From Candidatus Campbellbacteria bacterium (GTDB lineage: Bacteria > Patescibacteriota > Minisyncoccia > Phycocordibacterales > UBA1006), in the NCBI GenBank assembly GCA_002698305.1, contig NZWR01000005.1, positions 66,047-130,046 on the forward strand: DNA of 64,000 nucleotides. The letters run 5' to 3'. Each line of letters starts with the position of its first letter. Within the stretch, counting starts at the first letter, position 1. The notes beneath the pieces were generated by a model. The model made no database searches and was not told the origin of the DNA. It worked only from the letters and a program-made list of their open reading frames with translations. A program made the position numbers and the translations under genes. This document shows positions 27,572 through 35,860 of the stretch, piece by piece.

Positions 27572-27657
27572 ACCTCTGTAGTGTATGAATAGTTTAGTGG
27601 AAATGAATGAGGGGTTATAGTATCAAACATAGATACAATTTTTGATATACTAGTTTT

Positions 27658-28146
27658 ATGCTGAACTTATTAAAACAAATAGCAGATAAATTTTATATTA
27701 ATCTTTTGAACAAGAATGATTCGGATAGTTTTAAATCTGTCATAAAAGAGTCAACAACAGGTGACATCGCAGGAAGAGATTTATATAAAACTTCCAATAC
27801 AGAAAAACTCTTATCTAATATTGAAAAGAAAATATTGAAAATACTATATCGCGAGTATCAAGATCGGGGTAAAAATGGATTTAAAATACGTAATACCCAC
27901 AGTGAATTAGAAATTGATGATGGTTTTGACTTAACTTGTGTAAATGATAGTGAATACATAAAAACAGAAGGTGATTTTTATAAAATGACACCCCATGGTA
28001 TTAGATATATGGATAATCTTACACCAATAGATTTATCACAAATAATGCTACCGAAGGAGGAGGGAGAAAGGGAATTTATTATGCGGCAACAAAGACAACG
28101 ATTTGAGCAGAACAGAGCGAATTTCAAAAAGAACTCTAGTAGATAA
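27658..28146 (+). CDS. Hypothetical protein (orphan cargo of the element, divergent from int)
   Basis: 162-aa ORF preceded by an extended -10-like TGATATACT. A central KILKILYREYQDRGKNGFKI segment is faintly wHTH-like, and the tail is basic. No family recognised. Confidence 0.5.
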   Translation: MLNLLKQIADKFYINLLNKNDSDSFKSVIKESTTGDIAGRDLYKTSNTEKLLSNIEKKILKILYREYQDRGKNGFKIRNTHSELEIDDGFDLTCVNDSEYIKTEGDFYKMTPHGIRYMDNLTPIDLSQIMLPKEEGEREFIMRQQRQRFEQNRANFKKNSSR

Positions 28147-28190
28147 AAGACGTGGTGCAAAAAATTGATACTTTCCAAGCTTGAGCAAGC

Positions 28191-28218
28191 AAAAAACCCT
28201 TATAAAATAAGGGTTTTT
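28191..28218. terminator. Hairpin with A/T flanks abutting the att core (element-borne terminator for tRNA-Ala and the orphan ORF)
   Basis: aaaaaacccttat-aaa-ataagggttttt. Ends 2 nt before the 51-bp core. Confidence 0.55.
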
Positions 28219-28219
28219 A

Positions 28220-28270
28220 CGTTTCGAGTGGACCTGACAGGACTCGAACCTGCCACCTCGTCAGTGCAAG
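28220..28270 (-). repeat. att site copy 2 (51-bp direct repeat inside the intact tRNA-Ala)
   Basis: Identical to 25040..25090. Confidence 0.9.
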
Positions 28271-28302
28271 TGACGCGCTCTAGCCAGATGAGCTACAGGC
28301 CC
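28229..28302 (-). tRNA. tRNA-Ala(UGC)
   Basis: Reverse complement is GGGCCTGTAGCTCATCTGGCTAGAGCGCGTCACTTGCACTGACGAGGTGGCAGGTTCGAGTCCTGTCAGGTCCA. G3:U70 alanine identity pair, anticodon loop CTTGCAC, discriminator A73, no encoded CCA. Confidence 0.9.
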
Positions 28303-28444
28303 CAATACAGCAAAAACTGCTGTGTTGTAAATTAGTGAAGGCGCAAGCCTTCCAAAGAACAACTGGAAAAGATTATATAGGCTAGTATGAAATATGCAAG
28401 TATCTTGTTGTACGAAGAGTAAGAATGGAATAGTCAATCCTTTG

Positions 28445-29497
28445 TTAGTTGCTCAGCAACTTACCTAATGAACGGGTCTTTTTTATTTTGAGGAAAAATA
28501 CATTAAGTATTGCAAGGAGTGGAATAGCGAGGATCATCCCTGTTACTCCCCATATAGTGTTTCCAACTATAACGGCAAGAATAACGAAAAAGGGATTTAA
28601 CTGTACTTCATGACCTATAACATATGGTTGTAGAATATAGCTCTCGATAAACTGCGTTAAGCTAAAAGAAATAATTATCCCTACAAGCACAAAAGTTTCT
28701 CCATTACTTAGATACCCAAGTACAACAGCGAGAAGAAAAGCAATAATATTACCGATATAGGGAATAAGCGTAAGAAAACTTGCAAGAACGGCAATAAGTA
28801 TAAAACTATCTACCCCAGATATACCGAGCCCAATACTATATATGACAATAAGAAGTCCGATGAGTTTAGTTTTCCCGTACAGATATGCGATAGTTGTGTT
28901 CATGCTCTCTGAAAGTGTTGAACGCAATGTTTTTTCTTTTGAGTTTTTCACTAGTGAAAGTAAGAACTTCTTGAAAGAGCTACGATTAAGAAGGATGAAG
29001 AACAGGTAGATGAATGTCAAAAGATAGCTTCCAATTGCTCCAAAAATGATTTGCGTAAGATATGTTGCGTTATTCGTGTTAAGGTACTCTTCTTGAATTT
29101 CATTGATTGAAGTCGTTTTAAATACGTTATCAAGCGTCTTGCTCTCAATAGGTGTATTTTGTGTAAGATAGGTTTTAAATTCTGATAGCTTTTCTTCTGT
29201 TGTTTCAGATATCGTACTCCATTTTTCAGTAATGTTGTTTACTTGCAGTGTAACAACCCCTAGGAATACAAGTGAAATGATGAATACACCTAAAGTCGGT
29301 AGAATTGCTGATACCGCTCTACTGTGCGTAATTTTCTGAAGGTAACGTGCAAACGGTAATAGTGCAAGAGCAAGTAATAAAGCAATGATAAGAGGCGCTA
29401 GTAAGCTTTTACCAACAATCAGCCCATAGATTATTAACGTAAGTGAAGCCAAAACAGCGAACATATTAATCAAAACATTTTGATGCAGGTGAAACAT
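28445..29497 (-). CDS. AI-2E family transporter (PerM/UPF0118)
   Basis: 350 aa with about 8 TM helices. C-terminal LNPFFVILAVIVGNTIWGVTGMILAIPLLAIL is typical of the family. Confidence 0.8.
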   Translation of the reverse strand: MFHLHQNVLINMFAVLASLTLIIYGLIVGKSLLAPLIIALLLALALLPFARYLQKITHSRAVSAILPTLGVFIISLVFLGVVTLQVNNITEKWSTISETTEEKLSEFKTYLTQNTPIESKTLDNVFKTTSINEIQEEYLNTNNATYLTQIIFGAIGSYLLTFIYLFFILLNRSSFKKFLLSLVKNSKEKTLRSTLSESMNTTIAYLYGKTKLIGLLIVIYSIGLGISGVDSFILIAVLASFLTLIPYIGNIIAFLLAVVLGYLSNGETFVLVGIIISFSLTQFIESYILQPYVIGHEVQLNPFFVILAVIVGNTIWGVTGMILAIPLLAILNVFFLKIKKTRSLGKLLSN

Positions 29498-29570
29498 ATT
29501 TTTTATTATACGTGAAATAAATAAGAGTAAAATAGAGGTGCTCTGAAGGTTTTTAGGGTATGCTTATGGT

Positions 29571-30161
29571 ATGGAATTTTCACAAACAGAACTCCTTTCA
29601 TTTTTTACTGAAGTAAGCCCGTTCGTGCGTAATTTAGTAATCGGGCTTTTTGCCTTTGGTGAAGGGCTTCCTGTTATCGGTTCTTTTTTACCTGGTGGTA
29701 CCGTTGCTATTTTGATTGGGGCTCTTTCTGAAAAAGGAATCATGAACTCATGGCATGCTGTTCATATTATTGCCTTGGGAAGTATGCTTGGTGACCTGAT
29801 TGGATTTTACGCAGGTCGCAATCTAAACAAGGTATCGTGGTTCAAAAGGTTTGTGCACGGAGAAAATCACAGAAAAAAATGGGATCTTTTTGATCGTCAT
29901 ACGGCTATCGTTATTATTCTAGGAAAGCTTCTTCCTGTTATTCGATCCACCCCCGCTCTCTTTGCCGGTGCGCGTCGAATGAATATTTTCCGCTACATTT
30001 TTTATGTATTAATAGGCTCATACCTGTGGGCAATTGCTGGAGTATTCGCTGGTAAATATATAGCTCAAGTTGCTGGAGATTATATCATCCCGGTTATCTT
30101 TGCTATTGTAGTTGTGTCAATCCTTGTTGCTATCGTTTCAAGATTTAAAAAAAGTTCTTAG
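29571..30161 (+). CDS. DedA/VTT-domain membrane protein
   Basis: FGEGLPVIGSFLPGGTVAILIGAL and GKLLPVIRSTPALFAG are DedA signatures. Confidence 0.8.
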   Translation: MEFSQTELLSFFTEVSPFVRNLVIGLFAFGEGLPVIGSFLPGGTVAILIGALSEKGIMNSWHAVHIIALGSMLGDLIGFYAGRNLNKVSWFKRFVHGENHRKKWDLFDRHTAIVIILGKLLPVIRSTPALFAGARRMNIFRYIFYVLIGSYLWAIAGVFAGKYIAQVAGDYIIPVIFAIVVVSILVAIVSRFKKSS

Positions 30162-31384
30162 CTCTTTAAGAACTTTTTGCTTCGCTTTCGTTTATGCTGT
30201 TTTAGTGCAAATCGATGAGATTCAGCGTTAAGAGCAACAATTTCTTTTGCATATCTACGGCTAATCTTGTGTTGCCCCAGCAGCTCTTTAGCTTTATGTT
30301 TAGTATCCTTTACGACAGCAATAACGGGAATACGTATGTCATGGACTCGAATGGCTCGTTCAACGGCCCGTTTCTGTGCGACACCTCCATCAACGACAAT
30401 AACATTAGGGTATGCCCACTCTTTATGTGTAAATCTTCTTGAAACAGTCTCAAAAAGTGCGGCTGTATCATTTGATGTATTTACGCTGTGAATATTGAAT
30501 ACTCTATGTTCTGATGAATCAATCTCGACACCATTATAAACGCACATAACACCGACCATATGCTCTCCTTCCATGTGCGCGATATCATAGGCTTCCATGC
30601 GAAATTCATCTAGATATGACGCATGATCAAAATTATGTTTCATTAATGCAATATCATGAATATGATCAAGTGAGTAAATTTGTTTTTTTATAACTTGAGC
30701 TCTTTCAAATTCAAGTTCTTTAGCATGACTCATCATGTCCTTTTTTAACTGCCGAATAAGGTCTTTTTTCTGACCTTTAAAAAATTGAGCGATATACTCT
30801 ACATTCTTTTGGTAGATATTTTTTGAGTCTCTGTCATGCGCATCAGGAGCAAGCCCAAGCTGGTTATAGAATTCAATATTATGTTTTTGTGTTGTTTTTT
30901 TACCCAAAAAAGGAAATATCTTTCGTATTATTCCTAATGCGGTTGTCAGCTGCTCTCTACTTGGAAATGGACCAAAAACATGTTGTAAGCTCTTATCTTT
31001 TTTTCCAAGAATAATATTTAAACTGCGCTGTCGCACAGTAAAAATACGAGGTAATTCTTCGTTTGTTATAACTACATAGTTATAGCTCTTGTTATCTTTC
31101 TCCTTGCTGTTGTATAGTGGCTGGTATTGTTTTATAAGGTATGACTCTAACAGAAGTGCCTCTAGGGCTGAATCAGTTTCTCTCCACTCCATTTGATCAG
31201 CATCGTCAACCATTTTTACAATTAATGGACCTCGGGTTTCCATAAGCTTACTTTGAAAGTAACTTGCAGTTCTTTGTGCAAGATTTGTTGCTTTTCCTAT
31301 ATACAAAACATCATTTCCTTTCTTAAAAAAATATACTCCAGGAGATTTCGGTAAGGGTATTTTTTTGTACTGAGTAAGATTCAT
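30158..31384 (-). CDS. uvrC: UvrC-like excinuclease subunit, short form (GIY-YIG + UVR + RNase H-like endonuclease domain, no C-terminal HhH2)
   Basis: PGVYFFKKGNDVLYIGKATNLAQR...YQPLYN (GIY-YIG), ELEFERAQVIKKQIYSL (UVR), IVVDGGVAQKRAVERAI...IPVIAVVK (endonuclease domain). Ends at 408 aa, versus about 600 aa for canonical UvrC. Confidence 0.75.
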   Translation of the reverse strand: MNLTQYKKIPLPKSPGVYFFKKGNDVLYIGKATNLAQRTASYFQSKLMETRGPLIVKMVDDADQMEWRETDSALEALLLESYLIKQYQPLYNSKEKDNKSYNYVVITNEELPRIFTVRQRSLNIILGKKDKSLQHVFGPFPSREQLTTALGIIRKIFPFLGKKTTQKHNIEFYNQLGLAPDAHDRDSKNIYQKNVEYIAQFFKGQKKDLIRQLKKDMMSHAKELEFERAQVIKKQIYSLDHIHDIALMKHNFDHASYLDEFRMEAYDIAHMEGEHMVGVMCVYNGVEIDSSEHRVFNIHSVNTSNDTAALFETVSRRFTHKEWAYPNVIVVDGGVAQKRAVERAIRVHDIRIPVIAVVKDTKHKAKELLGQHKISRRYAKEIVALNAESHRFALKQHKRKRSKKFLKS

Positions 31385-31403
31385 TATATTTTAAAGTATA
31401 GCG

Positions 31404-31432
31404 AAAAAAAGAACTTAGGTAAGTTCTTTTTT
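31404..31432. terminator. Bidirectional intrinsic terminator
   Basis: aaaaaaa-gaactta-gg-taagttc-tttttt. Confidence 0.6.
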
Positions 31433-32723
31433 ATTTCATGCAATCAAATAGATGCTGAAAATTTGTTCCATTGGATGCCTTTAAAAGAATAATCGAATTA
31501 TTAATTGTTGTGCCATCAAGACTCCTTGCAGCACTCACAACATTATCGTAAACCTGATACTCTTCATGATTAGTTTTTTTAAATTCATGACCCACAAGGA
31601 TAACGTTGGTAATTCCTATTTCCTTAGCGTGATCAACAGCAGCTTGGTGGTCCTGGAGACTGTACTCACCAAGCTCAAGCATGTCCCCCATAATTGCCAC
31701 GGTCTCTTTTTTTAGCTGAGCCCCTATTTTCTTCAAGTTTTCAAGAGCAAGTTTCATGCTCGTCAGGTTGGCGTTGTAAAAATCTTTAATAATAATATTT
31801 CCATTGCCCGCAGTATAAATCTCTGAACGATTGGCTATTGGCTCGTAATTACTAACTGATTGTGCGATATTTTCAAACAATATGTTGCATTCAACCGCAA
31901 TCGCTATGGCAGCATTAATATTCTCGATATTATATTCTCCAGTAAGTGATGTTGAGATTTCTCTGTGATTCCATAAAAAACTAATATATGGAACAGTAGA
32001 AAGAGATTGTATTCCATATTCATTTTTTAGCTGAGTCCCATAGACAACTGTCCGGGCTCCTTCTGTATGGCGAAGAAGCTGCGCATTATTATTGTTAACA
32101 AAAATAACCCCATTCTTGTTCTTTAAATAGGTATATAGTTCTAAATTTGCCTCAATGATTGCTGACTCACTTCCAAACAAGCCAATATGATCACGACCTA
32201 AATTTGTGATAATTCCATGTGTTGGCTCGGCTATATGGCAAAGTTCTTTAATTTCACCAAGATGATTGGCGCCAAGCTCAAGAACGACAACATCAGTGTT
32301 TTTTGTTATTCGCAAAAGTGTTTTTGGAACACCTGTATGATTGTTTTCACTTCCAAATGACGCAACCGTATCTTTTTGAGTACTTAGGATCTGAGCCGCT
32401 AACTCTTTTGTTGTAGTTTTCCCATTACTTCCTGCAATAGCAATGACTGGAATATCAAATTGACTTCTATGATAGTGAGCTAATTTTTGCAGTGCTTGAA
32501 TACTGTCAGTAACAAGAATATAACGATTATCAATTGCGTACTTTGGGTTATCTACTACAGCATACCGAGCTCCTTGTTCAATAGCCTCTTTGGCAAAATG
32601 GTTACCGTCTAGAGCACTCCCTTTCCATGCAAAAAAAATTGAGTCTTTAATAACACGACGACTGTCAGTTGATATCAGTTGGTTGCATTCAATGAATTTT
32701 TGGTGGAGCCTATAAATATCCAT
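31431..32723 (-). CDS. murF: UDP-N-acetylmuramoyl-tripeptide--D-alanyl-D-alanine ligase
   Basis: Mur ligase P-loop IAIAGSNGKTTTKE and central and C-terminal Mur domains. N-terminus resembles MurF (DSRRVIKDSIFFAWKG). Confidence 0.85.
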   Translation of the reverse strand: MDIYRLHQKFIECNQLISTDSRRVIKDSIFFAWKGSALDGNHFAKEAIEQGARYAVVDNPKYAIDNRYILVTDSIQALQKLAHYHRSQFDIPVIAIAGSNGKTTTKELAAQILSTQKDTVASFGSENNHTGVPKTLLRITKNTDVVVLELGANHLGEIKELCHIAEPTHGIITNLGRDHIGLFGSESAIIEANLELYTYLKNKNGVIFVNNNNAQLLRHTEGARTVVYGTQLKNEYGIQSLSTVPYISFLWNHREISTSLTGEYNIENINAAIAIAVECNILFENIAQSVSNYEPIANRSEIYTAGNGNIIIKDFYNANLTSMKLALENLKKIGAQLKKETVAIMGDMLELGEYSLQDHQAAVDHAKEIGITNVILVGHEFKKTNHEEYQVYDNVVSAARSLDGTTINNSIILLKASNGTNFQHLFDCMK

Positions 32724-32773
32724 ACCGATAAGTATACCAAAAAGAAAACCCTCAGAAAGAATTTTCTTCGGGT

Positions 32774-33019
32774 TTATAGTTTATTTACTTTTTTACCAAA
32801 CCTATCACGAACAAGCTCTGGCAAATCATCCAAACACCATGGGATAAATTTATATAAAGAGCAGCAAATTATAGTAAGGCCAAAAAATATAAGGTAAGGA
32901 AGAAAACATACCACCCATCCTAGCTCAGCTGAATACCCAATAATTGGCCACACAATAAAAATAATAATAACGAGTAGGATTATAACGAGGATCTTTCTCG
33001 TAGCATGTGTTACTGACAT
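32774..33019 (-). CDS. Hypothetical membrane protein
   Basis: 81 aa with two TM helices. Confidence 0.4.
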   Translation of the reverse strand: MSVTHATRKILVIILLVIIIFIVWPIIGYSAELGWVVCFLPYLIFFGLTIICCSLYKFIPWCLDDLPELVRDRFGKKVNKL

Positions 33020-33103
33020 ATTTATATAGTTTTATTTTATTATAATATGTTTTTTATAAAAATCAACAATAAAAAAATATACATCATCATGTATACTGAT
33101 GGT

Positions 33104-34474
33104 ATGAAAAAGTCTCAGTATGAACATTATTTCAAGAATAAGAAGATTACAGTAATGGGTATCGGACTCCTGGGACGTGGTGTGGGTGATATTAAATTTC
33201 TCGCCTCGTGTGGAGCTGATATAGTAGCTACTGACCTTAAAGAGAAGTTAAAATTAAAAAAATCACTTCTTAAACTTAAGCGCTATAGAAATATTGATTA
33301 TACGCTTGGTAAACATCTAGTTTCAGATTTTAAGAATAAAGATATGATCCTTAAGGGTGCTGGTGTTCCGCATGACAGTAAATACATTGATGCTGCTGAA
33401 CAAAACGATACACCTGTTTACATGTCATTTGGTCTAGTGTTAGACATCCTTCAAAAAGAAAACATTGATGTAACGGTTATCGGTGTTACCGGCTCAAAGG
33501 GAAAATCTACTACAACTGGACTTATACAACACCTTTTAGAGCACAGCGGTACATCATTTCATATGGCTGGTAATATTCGCGGTGTGGCAAATCTTCCTCT
33601 TCTTAAAAAAATAAAAGATGGGGATATTATTGTTGCCGAACTTGATTCGTGGCAGCTACAAGGTCTCCACACGGTTCACATTTCACCTGACATAGCTGTC
33701 TTTACCAATTTCTTTGAAGATCATTTGAATTACTATGACGGGTCAATGAAGCACTATTTCAAAGATAAATCAGCAATATTCAAGTACCAGAAAGAAGAGG
33801 ATCATCTTGTTCTTACTTCTGCATCTACCCGAGCAATTAAAAAATATTTCAGAGGAACTATACAAGCTAAAAAACATATTGCTCGATTTAAACACATGCC
33901 CAAATCCTGGACCTATAAAATCTTTGGAAAGCACAATCAAAAAAATCTAGCGCAAGCATTTCACGTAGGCAAATTATTAAATATACCTCACTCAACAATT
34001 AAGGAAGCTCTGACAAGTTTTGAGGGAGTAGATGGACGATTTCAGTATATTGGAACACATAATGGTATTTCATTTTATAACGACAATAACTCTACAACAC
34101 CAGAATCAACCATAATATCTCTGCGTTCACTTAAAAAAGAGTTTCCTCAAAAGGACATAATACTTATCGGCGGCGGGAGCGATAAAAATTTTCACTTCCA
34201 AAAAATGGCAAAGTATATAGCAAGAAATATTAAATACACTCTTCTCTTTTCTGGAGGTGGCACCGACAAGCTACGGAAGCATTTCCCTGCTAAGTTTGAA
34301 GCCTTTACTGAAACGCTTCATATGAGAACAGCTATGAATATTGCCCTTAAGTATGCTGATAAAGGTGATATTGTTATCCTTTCTCCTGGAGCAGCTTCAT
34401 TTGGAGTCTTCAAGAATGAGTACGACAGGAACGACCAATATTTAAGGTATATAAAGAACTACATGAAAAAGTAG
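33104..34474 (+). CDS. murD: UDP-N-acetylmuramoylalanine--D-glutamate ligase
   Basis: Rossmann N-terminus KKITVMGIGLLGRG, P-loop IGVTGSKGKSTTT and the MurD-like SPGAASFGVFKNEYDRNDQY C-terminus. Start is taken at MKKSQYEHY (track starts at 33047). Confidence 0.85.
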   Translation: MKKSQYEHYFKNKKITVMGIGLLGRGVGDIKFLASCGADIVATDLKEKLKLKKSLLKLKRYRNIDYTLGKHLVSDFKNKDMILKGAGVPHDSKYIDAAEQNDTPVYMSFGLVLDILQKENIDVTVIGVTGSKGKSTTTGLIQHLLEHSGTSFHMAGNIRGVANLPLLKKIKDGDIIVAELDSWQLQGLHTVHISPDIAVFTNFFEDHLNYYDGSMKHYFKDKSAIFKYQKEEDHLVLTSASTRAIKKYFRGTIQAKKHIARFKHMPKSWTYKIFGKHNQKNLAQAFHVGKLLNIPHSTIKEALTSFEGVDGRFQYIGTHNGISFYNDNNSTTPESTIISLRSLKKEFPQKDIILIGGGSDKNFHFQKMAKYIARNIKYTLLFSGGGTDKLRKHFPAKFEAFTETLHMRTAMNIALKYADKGDIVILSPGAASFGVFKNEYDRNDQYLRYIKNYMKK

Positions 34475-34520
34475 TTCTTTATTTTATAACGTGGGTGTAA
34501 GTTCTTGGTATACTATAGCT

Positions 34521-35825
34521 ATGAAATTTTTAGAAAATATAAAAAAAGTACACTGCGTTGGTATAGGTGGAATTGGTATGTCTGCACTTGCCAAGTTTTT
34601 GCGCCACCATGGAATTCTTGTTACTGGATCAGATCTTGTACCATCAAGCGTTACCGATGATCTAAGAAATAACTATAATATTGATGTGTGTATTGGTAGT
34701 AATGAAGGGCATGTTACAGCAGAGCATGACATGCTTATATATTCACCAGCGGTACCAAGTACAAATGGGGAACGAATGGCTGCACTAGATTTTGGTATCC
34801 AAAAGTTCTCTTACCCAGAGGTGCTTGGCCAGATTTCGCGTGAGATGAAGACTATAGCTATTTCAGGTACAAATGGAAAAACAACGACATCAACCATGCT
34901 TGTTGAGCTTTTAAAGCATCTAGGTGTAGACCCTACCGCAATTATTGGTGAATATTTACAAAAATATAATTCTAATTTTGTTGCCGGTCAATCAGAATAT
35001 TTTGTCACTGAAGCCTGTGAGTACAAGGATTCATTTCTTAATATTCACCATGATATTCTCGTTATCACCAACATTACAGAAGATCATTTGGATTATTTTA
35101 AAAATCTACAAGGCATTCAACAATCTTTTACGGAGCTTGTTCATAATAAAAAAGAAACTGGCACTCTCGTTTGTAATAAAGGGCTTAAAGAATTAAAGCC
35201 AATAATAGAAGAGGCTCAGAAACTTGGCTACTCAATAATTGATTATGGAGAATATATTGAAAGCACTCAACTTTCAATACCAGGCAATCATAATATTTAC
35301 AACGCTGCCGCTGCTCTTGGTGTCATCAAAGCTCTTGGCCTTTCATTTAAAGAGGCGCAAGAATATCTTCACAAAAGTTTTCAAGGAGCAAAACGAAGGA
35401 TGGAGCATGTTGGATTTACCGAACACGGTGCTCTTATTTTTGATGACTATGCGCACAACCCTGAAGGCTTAGAGCATTTAATCCAAGGATTGAGAGAGTA
35501 TTATCCTACCAAAAAGATTGTCATGCTCTTCGAACCTCATTTGTATTCAAGAACAAATGACTTCAAAGAATCCTTTGGTAAAATTCTTTCGACCGTTGAT
35601 GCCCTGTACCTATTTCCAGTTTATAAAGCACGAGAAGTCCATAGACCAGAAGAGGATTTTCTGCTTGAAAGATTTATTAAAAAGGACAAGCTTATCTTTA
35701 ATAAGGTATTAGACAAGGAAGTTTTTATATCTGAATTTACTAGTAAAAAATATGGAACTGATAGTATTATTGTTACAGCTGGTGCCGGAGACATATGGAA
35801 AATTGGTTTAAATTTAAAAAAATAA
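34521..35825 (+). CDS. murC: UDP-N-acetylmuramate--L-alanine ligase
   Basis: VHCVGIGGIGMSALAKFL, P-loop IAISGTNGKTTTS and DDYAHNPEGL. Start is taken at the ATG for MKFLENIKK (track uses an upstream GTG at 34491). Confidence 0.9.
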   Translation: MKFLENIKKVHCVGIGGIGMSALAKFLRHHGILVTGSDLVPSSVTDDLRNNYNIDVCIGSNEGHVTAEHDMLIYSPAVPSTNGERMAALDFGIQKFSYPEVLGQISREMKTIAISGTNGKTTTSTMLVELLKHLGVDPTAIIGEYLQKYNSNFVAGQSEYFVTEACEYKDSFLNIHHDILVITNITEDHLDYFKNLQGIQQSFTELVHNKKETGTLVCNKGLKELKPIIEEAQKLGYSIIDYGEYIESTQLSIPGNHNIYNAAAALGVIKALGLSFKEAQEYLHKSFQGAKRRMEHVGFTEHGALIFDDYAHNPEGLEHLIQGLREYYPTKKIVMLFEPHLYSRTNDFKESFGKILSTVDALYLFPVYKAREVHRPEEDFLLERFIKKDKLIFNKVLDKEVFISEFTSKKYGTDSIIVTAGAGDIWKIGLNLKK

Positions 35826-35848
35826 ACAGCGCTTGGCGCTGTTTATTT
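35824..35848. terminator. Bidirectional intrinsic terminator between convergent murC and murE
   Basis: aaacagcgc-ttg-gcgctgttt (9-bp perfect stem) with A/T flanks. Confidence 0.7.
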
Positions 35849-35860
35849 CCCTATATACTT

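Larger units (their letters stand above)
25040..28270 (-). mobile_element. tRNA-Ala-integrated mini integrative element (integrase + reverse transcriptase + ncRNA region + 1 orphan ORF)
   Basis: Perfect 51-bp direct repeats at both ends, one inside an intact tRNA-Ala(UGC). A tyrosine recombinase gene lies inside. Housekeeping genes flank both sides. Confidence 0.85.

Noticed and set aside
25040-28270. RT as a group II intron.
   Set aside because: The protein is only 299 aa with no maturase (X) or endonuclease domain. The flanks show tRNA att repeats and an integrase rather than intron domain V/VI-like structure.
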